Origin: an uncultured Candidatus Poseidoniales archaeon
GTDB lineage: Archaea; Thermoplasmatota; Poseidoniia; Poseidoniales; Thalassarchaeaceae
Length of the DNA stretch: 64,000 nt
Assembly: GCA_964563355.1 (NCBI GenBank)
Contig: CAZLVU010000004.1
Coordinates: 17,733-81,732, forward strand
Direction of reading: 5' to 3'
The position numbers and the translations under genes are program-made. The notes beneath the pieces were generated by a model. That model worked only from the letters and a program-made list of their open reading frames with translations. It did no database searches and had not been told where the DNA came from. Positions 20,646 to 30,507 of this stretch are shown piece by piece. Positions within the stretch are counted from its first letter, which is position 1; every line of letters starts with the position of its first letter.

Positions 20646-21395
20646 GTGTTGAGGATTACAGCAAAACAACAATTGATGAGGGAGATAGTGGACATCCTCT
20701 CAGTTCTTACCGATGAGGCCAAACTTGTATGGGGGGAGAAAGGACTTGGGATTGACGTGGTCGATGGCTCCCATGTTGCCCTACTTTCAGCTACAGTAGC
20801 TGACGAATGTTTTGAGACCTACGAGGTCGAGCCAGTTGAAATCGGACTGGAACTGGGGAAGATGAGGGATCTGCTAACATTGGCCGGACCGAACGACCTA
20901 GTAGAGATGGATTACGACGAGGCGGTTGGAGCAATCAACGTGAGGGTCGGTGAGGTCCACAGAATCTTGAGGGGGATAGACACGAACGCCATGGATAATC
21001 CCAACCTACCGCAGCTTGACTTCCAGACTAGGGCAACGATAGATTCGGAGAAACTATCCCGAGCACTTAGAGCGGCCAAGTTCGTAGGGGAGCTAGTTGA
21101 TTTAAGCATGGATCGAAACCAATTGACGGTCTCAGTTACCGTAGAGGCCGGAGAGGGTGTAAACGTCAAGTTTGAGTCGGGTGAGCTCAGTGAGCTGACC
21201 TGCTCCTCCCCTGCAAACTCAACATACTCCCTACAGTTCTTGGACCCCTTGACAAGGAAGCTAGCTGGGGGGCTGACTAACGAAGTCACGCTAGAATTCC
21301 AAGACAAGTATCCGCTTAGACTGACATGGCTGAGCAATGACGGCGGGGCGAAATGGACATACTTCCTAGCGCCTAGAGTCATGAATGACCCGTGA
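20646..21395 (+). CDS. pcn: DNA polymerase sliding clamp PCNA
   Basis: DEAKL, VDGSHVALL, F.TYEVE..EIGL, STYSLQFL, YPL.L, YFLAPR. Confidence 0.93.
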   Translation: MLRITAKQQLMREIVDILSVLTDEAKLVWGEKGLGIDVVDGSHVALLSATVADECFETYEVEPVEIGLELGKMRDLLTLAGPNDLVEMDYDEAVGAINVRVGEVHRILRGIDTNAMDNPNLPQLDFQTRATIDSEKLSRALRAAKFVGELVDLSMDRNQLTVSVTVEAGEGVNVKFESGELSELTCSSPANSTYSLQFLDPLTRKLAGGLTNEVTLEFQDKYPLRLTWLSNDGGAKWTYFLAPRVMNDP

Positions 21396-22518
21396 ACTCA
21401 TCAATGAGTCCCCATTAGGCGATTCTGAGATGGTTGCCAGAGTATGCGTGATTGTTCCAACCATTAACAATCCGGAAGAGCTGGGAGATGCCTTGGACGG
21501 GTTAATCCAACAGACCCACTTAGGAGTCGAAGTGGTGGTTGTTGGCCCGATGGAGGATCCTGGACGAGAAGTTGCGGAATCCAGAGGAGTTCGTTTCTTG
21601 GATGACAAGGGCTCGAAAACCAGGGCGGACGCGTGCAACGTTGCCATCGAGGCGACCGAATCCGATCTTGTGCTTTTCACTGATGACGACGTGTTCGTCC
21701 CCCCGGACTGGGTGGGAAATCTAGCCAGGTGGTTCGAACGCAGCGAAGTCGCGGGGGTTGGTGGTCCCAACTTCGCCCCCGTAGAGTCCTCAAGCCTGTG
21801 GAAGAGGGTCATCGATGTTTCCTTCTGCAATCGTTTCCTCACAGCGGGAACGAATTACGGGAAACGGGCAGTCGGAGAACTGGATGAGGTCGATCAACTC
21901 CCGGGAGTCAATGCTGCTTACAGAAGGAGCGTCCTGGAAGAAGTGGGGGGTTTCGACACTGGAGCCATAGGGGCGGAGGACGTGATGCTGGACCATAGAA
22001 TTCGGATGGCCGGACACAGGCTATGGTCGGACGGGAGTGCGGTTATTTGGCATCGCAGGAGAGGGATTGGGCGAGTCAAGAGGCAAATCAGGAACTACGG
22101 CCTAGTGAGGACCCTTGCTAGCAGGAAATACCCGAGCCTATGGGGGTGGAGTCATGCTCTGGTTTCGACGTTTCCTCTGATTGTGGCGTTATCCCTCACA
22201 CTTTTCACCTGGGGCGCCATTAACGGTGGGCTCGCTTGGCCGGAATTCTGGGATATATCGAAGGAAGCAGTTCCGATGGGAATTGAGAGAGCAGCCGTCC
22301 ATCAGCTTCCCACTCTTGCGATTTTGTACAACCTGATTGCCTGGTCAGGAGCAGCATTGGGAAGTTCCCCGAGTAAAAGTGCGTTGACTGTGACGCTCTC
22401 TTCGATTGTTTCATTCATTCTGCATTGGAACTATGGAATGGGTGTTTTGCAGGGTAGGTGGAGGATCTTTTCCGGACGCTCGGGATTCCAAATTGACGAC
22501 CGGGAGAGGGCGGACTAG
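21385..22518 (+). CDS. GT2 family glycosyltransferase with C-terminal membrane helices
   Basis: VIVPTIN, ACN.AI, FTDDD (DxD), VGGFD...AED, hydrophobic C-terminus. Confidence 0.88.
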   Translation: MTRELINESPLGDSEMVARVCVIVPTINNPEELGDALDGLIQQTHLGVEVVVVGPMEDPGREVAESRGVRFLDDKGSKTRADACNVAIEATESDLVLFTDDDVFVPPDWVGNLARWFERSEVAGVGGPNFAPVESSSLWKRVIDVSFCNRFLTAGTNYGKRAVGELDEVDQLPGVNAAYRRSVLEEVGGFDTGAIGAEDVMLDHRIRMAGHRLWSDGSAVIWHRRRGIGRVKRQIRNYGLVRTLASRKYPSLWGWSHALVSTFPLIVALSLTLFTWGAINGGLAWPEFWDISKEAVPMGIERAAVHQLPTLAILYNLIAWSGAALGSSPSKSALTVTLSSIVSFILHWNYGMGVLQGRWRIFSGRSGFQIDDRERAD

Positions 22519-22702
22519 TATTCGGATCTTTCTTGGACCATTGCGCCGTCTCGTTTGAGCCAACTTGGCTGAATTGGCCGCCAGAAAATTATCGTCATAA
22601 CGCCGAAGAAGGCCCCTCCGAACAAGACTGACCTGTTGTTGGACCCAACCAATACTGAACCGGGTTCAACTGAAACCCAAGAAGCCTCAGATGGCTCCAA
22701 GA

Positions 22703-24598
22703 TCAAGCCTCCGAAGAGTCAAGCTCCCCGGTTTGTATGGACCATTGTGAAGCGTAAACGTTGTTATTGCCTAGCAAATCAAGATGCGTTCCCCTTTCCA
22801 CGATTGATCCATCAACCATTGCAATAATCTCGTCAGCATTTCTGATGGTCGCTAGCCTATGAGCTACTGCTATCGTAATCCTCTTCTTGCTACCGTTGGA
22901 GCCCCCGAACAGAGATTCTTGGATCCTCTTCTCGGTCTCTGCGTCAAGTGCGGCACTCGCCTCATCGAGTATCAGTAGATCCGGATCATTGAGTAGGGCT
23001 CGTGCTAAGCTGATCCTAGCTCTCTGGCCCCCTGATAGCATGATGCCCCTGTCGCCGACCATCGTATCGATTCCATCGGACATCTGTGACACGAATTCCC
23101 AGGCTCCTGCCGCCTCTAAGGCACTGTGAATCTGTTCATCCGATGAATCGCGAGCATATGCGACATTGTCCCTGACCGTTCCAAAGAACAGGAAGGGGTC
23201 CTGAGAGACAAATCCCACGCGTGACCTGACTGACTCTATCTGGAAATCGTTGATGTCCTGGCCGTTAATCATGACACTACCGTTCTGGGGTTCGTAGAAC
23301 CTCTCCACCAGCTTCAGGATTGTGCTCTTACCCGCCCCAGTGTGACCCATGACGCCGAGGAAATCTCCGGAAGAGGCGGAGAAGGATATCTCATTCAACA
23401 CATTAGCTCCTGAAGTCGGATAGGCAAAGGACACTCCTTCGAATTGAATAGAGATTATTGGCCCCTCCAATGGCATTGCCCCCTCTTTGTCAAAGATTGA
23501 TGGTTCGAGATCTATGATTGCGAAGACGCGTTTTGATGCGGCCTCGCCGCGCTGTAGTTGGTTGAGAAGGATTCCCAGAATGAACATGGGCATGGTCATC
23601 CTCGTAGAAATCAGTAGGAAAGTGACGAATTGGCCGACTGTAATATCACCGGACTCCATGACCCAACCACCTGCTGACACAAGGAGGCCGAATGAAATCC
23701 CAGCCACAACGTAAATCCCAGGAATAAAACGATTCCTCACGAAGGCTGCTTGTATTGCCTGATCCCTGTAGTCTCCGCTCTGGCCCTCGATCCTAGAGCC
23801 TTCGAACCCGGTGGCGTTGTAGGCCTGGACCACGGTAATGCCAGAGAGGACGTTCTCGAGTATTGCAACTATCCCTCCCGTGCTCTCCCTCTGTTTCCTG
23901 TACTTTCTCTGAACTCTTGTCGAAAACCAGACGACCATGGGGATAATTAGGACAAGTGGGATGAAGAGGATCAAGGCCAGTGTTGGTGACATCCAGAACA
24001 TTATTGCGAACGCAGTAGCGAACGTTGTAATGATTCGAATCATGCTTGTACTTGCGTCGGAGATGATATCCTCTAGTTGGGCAACGTCTGCAGATAGAAC
24101 AGACATTAGATTCCCAGACTGCCTACTCTCGAAGTAAGAGGCTTCCATAGACATTAGTGAATGAGTTGCGTCCATCCTGATGTCATGCTGGGCCTTGTAG
24201 GCGGTTGACTGCCAGAGTTGATTGCTAAGCCCCTGGAAAACAGCAAGAATCGTGAATGAAATCAGGATGAGTAGGCCGAATCCTAGTTCGATTGAGTTGA
24301 TCGGTCCGAGAGAAGGGAGAGCCTCGGAATTCACGAAGTTCTGGATGGCAGAGCTTGTGAATGTCTTGGATTGGTAGTAGTCCGCTGCCATACCAATCGC
24401 GATGAATGGGATTAGGTCGAATGCTCTGGCACCGACGTTCGCCAGGATCCCACCTAGGGCTTGCTTCCAATAACGTGTGACATAAGGTACAATCCGCCAA
24501 ATCTTCTTGCCGACCACCTGTCTGTCATCTAATTGATCAGAGTCATCTTTACTGATCGAGGTCACAGCAGAGGGCTCAACCTTCTCCGTTGCTGACAC
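22703..24598 (-). CDS. ABC exporter, fused permease/ATPase (MsbA/MdlB-like)
   Basis: Six-helix membrane domain; Walker A GHTGAGKS, LSGGQ, LILDEA, AHRL. Confidence 0.93.
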   Translation of the reverse strand: MSATEKVEPSAVTSISKDDSDQLDDRQVVGKKIWRIVPYVTRYWKQALGGILANVGARAFDLIPFIAIGMAADYYQSKTFTSSAIQNFVNSEALPSLGPINSIELGFGLLILISFTILAVFQGLSNQLWQSTAYKAQHDIRMDATHSLMSMEASYFESRQSGNLMSVLSADVAQLEDIISDASTSMIRIITTFATAFAIMFWMSPTLALILFIPLVLIIPMVVWFSTRVQRKYRKQRESTGGIVAILENVLSGITVVQAYNATGFEGSRIEGQSGDYRDQAIQAAFVRNRFIPGIYVVAGISFGLLVSAGGWVMESGDITVGQFVTFLLISTRMTMPMFILGILLNQLQRGEAASKRVFAIIDLEPSIFDKEGAMPLEGPIISIQFEGVSFAYPTSGANVLNEISFSASSGDFLGVMGHTGAGKSTILKLVERFYEPQNGSVMINGQDINDFQIESVRSRVGFVSQDPFLFFGTVRDNVAYARDSSDEQIHSALEAAGAWEFVSQMSDGIDTMVGDRGIMLSGGQRARISLARALLNDPDLLILDEASAALDAETEKRIQESLFGGSNGSKKRITIAVAHRLATIRNADEIIAMVDGSIVERGTHLDLLGNNNVYASQWSIQTGELDSSEA

Positions 24599-24669
24599 AG
24601 AGCCTCGTGCAGCATTTGGTGTTTCAATGCTTCACTCTTTTCGCTGTGTCCAAATTCCAAATCGGGTTA

Positions 24670-24743
24670 TGGTGCGCCGGCCGGGATTTGAACCCGGGCC
24701 ATGAGCTTGGAAGGCTCAGATGCTACCCCTACATCACCGACGC
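24670..24743 (-). tRNA. tRNA-Gly(TCC), intronless, CCA encoded
   Basis: Reverse complement gcgtcggtgatgtaggggtagcatctgagccTTCCaagctcatggcccgggttcaaatcccggccggcgcacca folds as a cloverleaf: anticodon stem tgagc/gctca, anticodon TCC, T-loop TTCAAAT. Confidence 0.96.
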
Positions 24744-24822
24744 TGGGACATTCGAGCCAAGATTGCCTCTAAACCGATTCGGTCCTAATGGATTTCAATA
24801 GTGAGTACCTGTAGCGTATGCT

Positions 24823-25026
24823 GTGAAATTGAGGCAGAGACTTGGATTTGTCGTGATGATATTGTTTTTGCCCATCAATGGCCCTCTGTGGAGGATGGGG
24901 ATGGAAGCACTTGGTAGGCCGATTCCATTTGGGGATCTGCACTTCTTTGGCGTCTCAGTATTTCTATTCATAATTGGCGCGGTGATGGCCTTGACACCAG
25001 AAATTAGCTTTGGTTATGGGAGGTAG
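24823..25026 (+). CDS. Small two-helix membrane protein
   Basis: 67 aa ORF with two hydrophobic segments filling the gap between the tRNA and tatD. Confidence 0.6.
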   Translation: MKLRQRLGFVVMILFLPINGPLWRMGMEALGRPIPFGDLHFFGVSVFLFIIGAVMALTPEISFGYGR

Positions 25027-25898
25027 AGTTCTTCTGGCCACGCCTCATGGACATTGTAGAGCAGTTTCTCGATCTCGGATTCGTCCCAATCGCTTGAGAT
25101 TAATGATGAGCACAGTTCTTGGGTCCTCCTAGGAACTGTCTTTGGTCCGAGAACCGCTCCCGGTCTAGTGGGGTCGTCTAGGTAGTCAGTCTCCATCCCC
25201 CACGGAGCGCTGGCCCTTCTGGCAGAGTCAAGCAGTGCCTCCACACTACCCCTGCCAACACTAACTGTCGCAGAAAGTCCTTGGGTGAATTCGGCGCTAA
25301 CGTCTGGGGGGGCATAGTGCCTAATTGCTCGTCTTTGAGAGAGTCCCGACTTCACGCAATGATTGCTAAGTTCGCTGCAAGTTCTAGCCCCGTTTTCCTC
25401 TACATGAAGTTGGACTGATGTCCCAGCTGTCGAGGCGAGTGCCATCACCTCGACCAGAATTTCGTTAGCCGTTGTCCAAGTTTGTTCGTCGACTGGGTAG
25501 TGTGGACGGCCGACCTCTCCCAAACAATTTGCTGCCCCGTCCTCGATGTAATCAAGTGCCAAGCCAACAGCTTCGAGGTGAAGTTCTGTGGACCTGTCCA
25601 TGCCCAATGATTGGATCTGCTTTTCCCAGGCTACCGGATGAGGTCCAAGAACAACCCCCACATCGATGTCAAAGCGAATTCTCACATCCTCAGCCATCTT
25701 GAGTGTTTCAGAGTAAGCAACCCTGTAACCTTCTAGGTCAGTTGGAAGGTTTCTGGAGAACCCGGGCTTGTGGACGAGCATGATTCCGGTTCCACCACTA
25801 TGAACAAAATCTGAGACTGCGCCTAGGAACTTGTAATTCCGATCCAGGTGCATGTGCTGGTCGACAATCGGTCCCTTCCATACTCCCTCGTCGAGCAT
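25014..25898 (-). CDS. TatD-family metal-dependent hydrolase (archaeal type)
   Basis: DQHMHLD, GPHP, GEVGRPHY, QLHVE, METDYLDD..RPGAVLGPKTVPRR. Confidence 0.9.
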   Translation of the reverse strand: MLDEGVWKGPIVDQHMHLDRNYKFLGAVSDFVHSGGTGIMLVHKPGFSRNLPTDLEGYRVAYSETLKMAEDVRIRFDIDVGVVLGPHPVAWEKQIQSLGMDRSTELHLEAVGLALDYIEDGAANCLGEVGRPHYPVDEQTWTTANEILVEVMALASTAGTSVQLHVEENGARTCSELSNHCVKSGLSQRRAIRHYAPPDVSAEFTQGLSATVSVGRGSVEALLDSARRASAPWGMETDYLDDPTRPGAVLGPKTVPRRTQELCSSLISSDWDESEIEKLLYNVHEAWPEELYLP

Positions 25899-25902
25899 GT
25901 TC

Positions 25903-26430
25903 TCACGCAAGTGCGCCTTCTTGCTCGAGTAGGGAGAACCAGTGAGAGGCTGCCATCTCTGCAACTCTCTTAGAAGACTGGCCCAATACAATCCCTCTCC
26001 CGTTATTGAATAGGAGCACCGTGCACTTGTGACGTTTCGCATCTATTCTAAGAGCATCGATTCTCTCGTCGTGTTCGGCATCTGAGAATCTGCTGGCTGC
26101 TAGTCCTATCAGTACCGCTCTCCCCAATGAGAAGCTGGCCAGCAACTCGCCCCTCTCAATTACCAAACCAGTCTCTGACAAACCCAGTCGAAGTAGGACT
26201 TCTTCTGCGATCAGCTTGGCTGCTTCGGCGTTTGAAATCCCGTGTACAAGTAGAGCCCCATCAGGATCTATGACCACCATGGACCGAGGATTCTGGTGCT
26301 CTATTACAGCGTAGGCCCCGTTGCTACTTCCCCCTCCAAGCCTAACGGCATCCACTATGGAGACAGGGGAGCTGGGGGTCACCCTGAACGATTGTGTCTC
26401 AATCTTGATTTCCGGTTTCCCTTGTGTCAT
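25903..26430 (-). CDS. Divergent TATA-binding-protein-fold protein
   Basis: Two ~85 aa repeats resembling TBP halves: NPRSMVVIDPDGALLVHGISNAEAAKLIA and HKCTVLLFNNGRGIVLGQSSKRVAEMAA. Confidence 0.65.
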   Translation of the reverse strand: MTQGKPEIKIETQSFRVTPSSPVSIVDAVRLGGGSSNGAYAVIEHQNPRSMVVIDPDGALLVHGISNAEAAKLIAEEVLLRLGLSETGLVIERGELLASFSLGRAVLIGLAASRFSDAEHDERIDALRIDAKRHKCTVLLFNNGRGIVLGQSSKRVAEMAASHWFSLLEQEGALA

Positions 26431-27221
26431 CCTTCTGCCTCCACTCCCTCTGGTTCGATATGTGATTCTAAGCAGGCCCTGAGCGCGGGCAAATGTGCTT
26501 GTTGAATTGGTGCCAACAGTTTCGGCCCCGAGGCTTCGCTTTCATCAATCCTGCTGTCGCGCAGATTGGCCAAGGCCCCTCTTAGGCGGGCAGCGAGGCG
26601 CTGGTCTCGCTCAGCGACAAGCTCTGGAGTCAGCGCGGACCCTTCTTCTAGCCACCATGCTGCACACACAGTAGCCGCGGCACCCAAGTCTGCATCTACG
26701 CATCTTGAAGAGCCTACTTTGGGAATTGCTGCCCTACGTGCCTTTGCCCACCTCTTCGACCGACCGATTGTCGCGATGAGGTTTGTGAGTCGGACTTGTT
26801 GATCGGCACATCTAGCAAGCCAGTCGGCCCAATTTTCGTCGTCCAATTCGGGTTCAATTGAATATACTGGCATCCCCCCTCTGGAGTTCTCAGCATGGTG
26901 CAGAAGCCTGATTGGTTCGGGATCGGGGATTGCCGGCCCCTCGAGATCCAAATCCTGCAGATCCTTGACCAACATTCCCAAAGTGGTTCCCGAAGCCGCG
27001 GCGGATTCGGTGTGAACACCATGGCTTTGCTGGTCTTGGATTTCCTCCTCCCTGATTGCATCCAGGCCGTCCCTGGACAGAATGAGGGCCAACCCGTCCC
27101 AGTCACGCGGCCTCATTTGGGCCGGCATTCGGACGCATGGCAGATACGGCCAAAGGATGATGGTTCCGCCCTCTGGATCTTGGAAAACTGATGGGTCCCA
27201 GCTCAATTCTGGAATGCTCAC
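26427..27221 (-). CDS. Hypothetical protein
   Basis: 264 aa ORF overlapping the next gene by 4 nt (ATGA coupling); no motif recognised. Confidence 0.75.
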   Translation of the reverse strand: MSIPELSWDPSVFQDPEGGTIILWPYLPCVRMPAQMRPRDWDGLALILSRDGLDAIREEEIQDQQSHGVHTESAAASGTTLGMLVKDLQDLDLEGPAIPDPEPIRLLHHAENSRGGMPVYSIEPELDDENWADWLARCADQQVRLTNLIATIGRSKRWAKARRAAIPKVGSSRCVDADLGAAATVCAAWWLEEGSALTPELVAERDQRLAARLRGALANLRDSRIDESEASGPKLLAPIQQAHLPALRACLESHIEPEGVEAEG

Positions 27222-27326
27222 GCCACACCGAGTCGTTGTCCCCGGTTCAATTCAACGGTGAAACGGCTCCAGAATGGCGCTAATCGGTGTAGGATTCAAG
27301 GAGGATGGTGGGGGCCATATGTATTG

Positions 27327-27782
27327 ATGGCGGTTGAAGGTCCTTTCTCGGCCGAGCCACTAGTGCTTCTGAACGAGGTTTTTCCCGGTGACACGAATGC
27401 CATGAATACCCTATTCGGGGGTCGGCTGATGTCGATAATGGATACCGCTGCTGGGATGTCGGCATCGAAATTTGCTCACAGGGAATTCGTTACGGTCTCA
27501 GTTGACGCTTTGAAATTCAAGAGGCCGGCTTTCCAAGGTGATGTAATCAGAACCACTGCCAGGATTGTCTGGACATCACCTAGGACTGCAGGGATTCATG
27601 TTTCTTCGTCCAGACTTTCAAGATCTGAGTGGGTTGATCAGGAGATTTGTTCTGGTTTCTTTTTTATGGTGGCCGTCGACGAATCGATGAATCCAGTTGA
27701 GATTCCTCAGTTTGAGCCTCAAACCGATGAGGAACGGAGTTTGTGGGAACGAGCAAAAACTGCCCGTGATGCAATGAAATGA
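27327..27782 (+). CDS. Hotdog-fold acyl-CoA thioesterase
   Basis: VFPGDTN..NTLFGG.LM..MD.AA, VTVSVD..F, FFMVAVD. Confidence 0.9.
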   Translation: MAVEGPFSAEPLVLLNEVFPGDTNAMNTLFGGRLMSIMDTAAGMSASKFAHREFVTVSVDALKFKRPAFQGDVIRTTARIVWTSPRTAGIHVSSSRLSRSEWVDQEICSGFFFMVAVDESMNPVEIPQFEPQTDEERSLWERAKTARDAMK

Positions 27783-27890
27783 CTTGGGAAAATTGCTAAT
27801 CGGTGAAATAATTACTATGTCCAAGTTATGGCCATGAGCAGTTTGGGCTCCCATGCACTTATACCCTAGTCGAGCGGCTCCGGCCTCGGG

Positions 27891-29543
27891 ATGTACTTAG
27901 CCGGGCCTAAAGGCCCGACGGAGAAGAAGAATGCTGAGTTAATTGGCGGACTCTACTTAGTCGGGACAAGAGGGAAGTATTGCGCGGTCCTAACAGAGCG
28001 GCAGCTGACCATAGAAAGGTTCGATGGGAAGGGAGTCAGAATTGACCTTGCTGCAATAGACAGAATGAGGCACCTCAAAGTCCCAATGCTGCCCTCTGGG
28101 ACGCTATTTCTTGGGGCGATTGCAATCTATCTTGGCATCACAACCATTGTTTCTCCTTGGAATTGGCTAGCTACTTTCATGGGAGCTGGGGCCGTCCTCG
28201 CCAACGTTCTCTCCAGATATTCCATTCTCGCGATTGAAACTGGATCGGGAGATAGGCATCTCATCTCAGGAGATGAGGGGAATCTGCTAAAACTTTGCTT
28301 GATGGTAGATAGGGTTAGACATGGGAGCACTATCGATGAAGCCCTGTTTGGCCTGGAAAATCTGGAGACTGAGCTTCCTGCCTTCCCGGCCCTTAGGGAT
28401 GCAAAAGGCCTGCTAAACGCTCCGTTAGAATTTGACGCTCCGAACGAGGAGTCGGGTGAGGACAATCAAACTCAGTTTGCTTTTCACGGAAATGTGTTCG
28501 GGGAAGGAGATGAGGCAGCAGAGTCGGCATATCGATCCGAAATTGAAACCGAAATTCCGAGTCAGGTGCCTGATTTTGAGCACGTACAGTCAGATGCAGA
28601 CGTGGAGGATGCCCCATTGGCTGGAGTGAATGCATACGAGAGAGCGTGGGGGGGCAGGAAATCGCCTTCGTGGTATATGGAGAAGGACATTCAACTTGGT
28701 AGTGAAAGTAGGATGGACACGGCACTTTCAGATGCAACAGAAGGACTGGATCTATTTTCACAAGGTGGACTGTTCGATGTCGAATATCCTACAGAAGATT
28801 TGGATAGAGGAGATTCGCCCTCCGAATTTGGATTAGGGCAAATTGGAGGGAATTCTGAACCGCCTGAACGAAAACCCTCTAGTGCTCAGATGATCAAGAT
28901 GGCGCACACCAGATTCGGATCTCCCGATCATCAGTTCACGAGCCCGATGCTCCCCCCTCCAACGGAAGAGGCTGTGCGCCAGGAATGCAAGGCTGGAGTG
29001 GTCCGAGAAGCAAAGGCGAGGCAGCAACTTCGGCTAAGTGAATCCACTGATAGTATGAGGAAAACAGCAAATCTGGAGGAATACCCTGCATTGAATAGGT
29101 TGGCTTCCAGCATGGGAGCAAACAGGATTTCACTAAGGGGGGGGAGGCATAAGAGCTTGTCCTCTGGGTGGATTACCAGACTATTGAGGCCGAGTAGTGG
29201 GGTGCCCCAGTCCTATGAATCTAGGAAAGATGAAAGATTTGGGAGGCAGGAGAAGCTGCCCAAGTTCCAGAAACGATTGCAGTCATCTCAACACATGAGG
29301 CTCAGGAGTGATCAAGACCATCAGGCAGAGGTTGGTTCTAGGGTTAGGCAGATTCAGGGAAACAATGGAAGCTCCTCAGCCAAGGACGTATTGGATTCCT
29401 TGGTCACAAGGCTTTCCAGAGGGGAAGAGCCAGCTCCAAGGATTTTAGATTCACCCCCGGATTCTCTTAGATTCAATCAACTGAAACCTACCTCATCCAG
29501 CGAAGATCCGCACCCACTACCAGGTTTGCGGAGACTGGGATGA
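27891..29543 (+). CDS. Hypothetical membrane-anchored protein with long disordered C-terminus
   Basis: 550 aa; N-terminal beta-rich domain (VLTERQL..) with a two-helix hydrophobic hairpin, then low-complexity acidic/Ser/Arg-rich tail. Confidence 0.75.
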   Translation: MYLAGPKGPTEKKNAELIGGLYLVGTRGKYCAVLTERQLTIERFDGKGVRIDLAAIDRMRHLKVPMLPSGTLFLGAIAIYLGITTIVSPWNWLATFMGAGAVLANVLSRYSILAIETGSGDRHLISGDEGNLLKLCLMVDRVRHGSTIDEALFGLENLETELPAFPALRDAKGLLNAPLEFDAPNEESGEDNQTQFAFHGNVFGEGDEAAESAYRSEIETEIPSQVPDFEHVQSDADVEDAPLAGVNAYERAWGGRKSPSWYMEKDIQLGSESRMDTALSDATEGLDLFSQGGLFDVEYPTEDLDRGDSPSEFGLGQIGGNSEPPERKPSSAQMIKMAHTRFGSPDHQFTSPMLPPPTEEAVRQECKAGVVREAKARQQLRLSESTDSMRKTANLEEYPALNRLASSMGANRISLRGGRHKSLSSGWITRLLRPSSGVPQSYESRKDERFGRQEKLPKFQKRLQSSQHMRLRSDQDHQAEVGSRVRQIQGNNGSSSAKDVLDSLVTRLSRGEEPAPRILDSPPDSLRFNQLKPTSSSEDPHPLPGLRRLG

Positions 29544-30506
29544 TTACAGCCCGACCATCCTGCGATATCTATCCAGTCTCGCGTGGTACATCCCCCTCTC
29601 TAGACCTTGAAGCTTTGATGGCCCCAAGCCCCCTATGGTGAATGAAGAGGTTACCACGGCGTGCACCATGGCGAGTCTCATCGCCTCAAGATCGTTCAAT
29701 ATGCCTGCCCCCCCAGTGATGTTTGCCAACATTGCACCTGCGAACGAGTCGCCACATCCTGTTGGGTCCACAATTTCATCAGTTGGGAATGCCGGGAGGA
29801 CGATGGTCCCGCAAGGAAGCTGGGCCATAACCCCACTAGATCCTCGTTTGACAACCAATGCCCTAGGGCCTTTGCCAGCAGACTCCCCGCCAAACAACGC
29901 AGAGCCGGACATGATCGGTTTCAAGGCCCTGATGAAAACTTGTTCTCCCGAGATAGCACATACCTCTTCCTCGTTGAGAATTGCTATGTCGGCCTTTCTT
30001 AGCGCATGAGACAATTGCTCGAACTCCGTCTCGATCCAAAGCATGAATGTATCAACGGCAGATATCTCTGCGTTCGGACATTGATCAAAGACTGAGATCT
30101 GAGAGGCTGGATGAGTATTTGCGCAGAAGAGCACCTTTGGAGAGGTCCACTGGCTTGGAATCTGTGGGTCAAAGTCTCCGAGAACGTTTACCTCCGTGGA
30201 GATGGTCTCCACATTCTCCATCGTGCCTTCGTATCTGCCCGACCAACGAAACGTCTTTCCACGGAGCGTGGCGACGCCAGAAAAATCCAGACCCAGTCCC
30301 TCCAACGTCTTTTTATCGGACTCTGAAAAGTCATCGCCCACCGGAGCTACTAGGCCAACCCTAGGGCCTCCTCCTGGAATCTGGGGCAAATGGAAAGAGG
30401 CGGAAACGCCGGCATGAACAGCAGAACCTCCGAGAATGTCGGAGCCACTGGCAGCTGTAGTTTCGATATCGTCATATCCTATGCTTCCAATGACTAACAT
30501 ATCCAT
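29544..30506 (-). CDS. PfkB/ribokinase family kinase
   Basis: LVIGSIGYD, LGGSA, NEEE, VVKRG..G, DPTGCGDSFAG. Confidence 0.92.
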   Translation of the reverse strand: MDMLVIGSIGYDDIETTAASGSDILGGSAVHAGVSASFHLPQIPGGGPRVGLVAPVGDDFSESDKKTLEGLGLDFSGVATLRGKTFRWSGRYEGTMENVETISTEVNVLGDFDPQIPSQWTSPKVLFCANTHPASQISVFDQCPNAEISAVDTFMLWIETEFEQLSHALRKADIAILNEEEVCAISGEQVFIRALKPIMSGSALFGGESAGKGPRALVVKRGSSGVMAQLPCGTIVLPAFPTDEIVDPTGCGDSFAGAMLANITGGAGILNDLEAMRLAMVHAVVTSSFTIGGLGPSKLQGLERGMYHARLDRYRRMVGL

Positions 30507-30507
30507 C

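Noticed and set aside
24670..24743. tRNA-Gly as an integration site
   Set aside because: No integrase, no visible duplicate of the tRNA 3' end, and no compositional island next to it.
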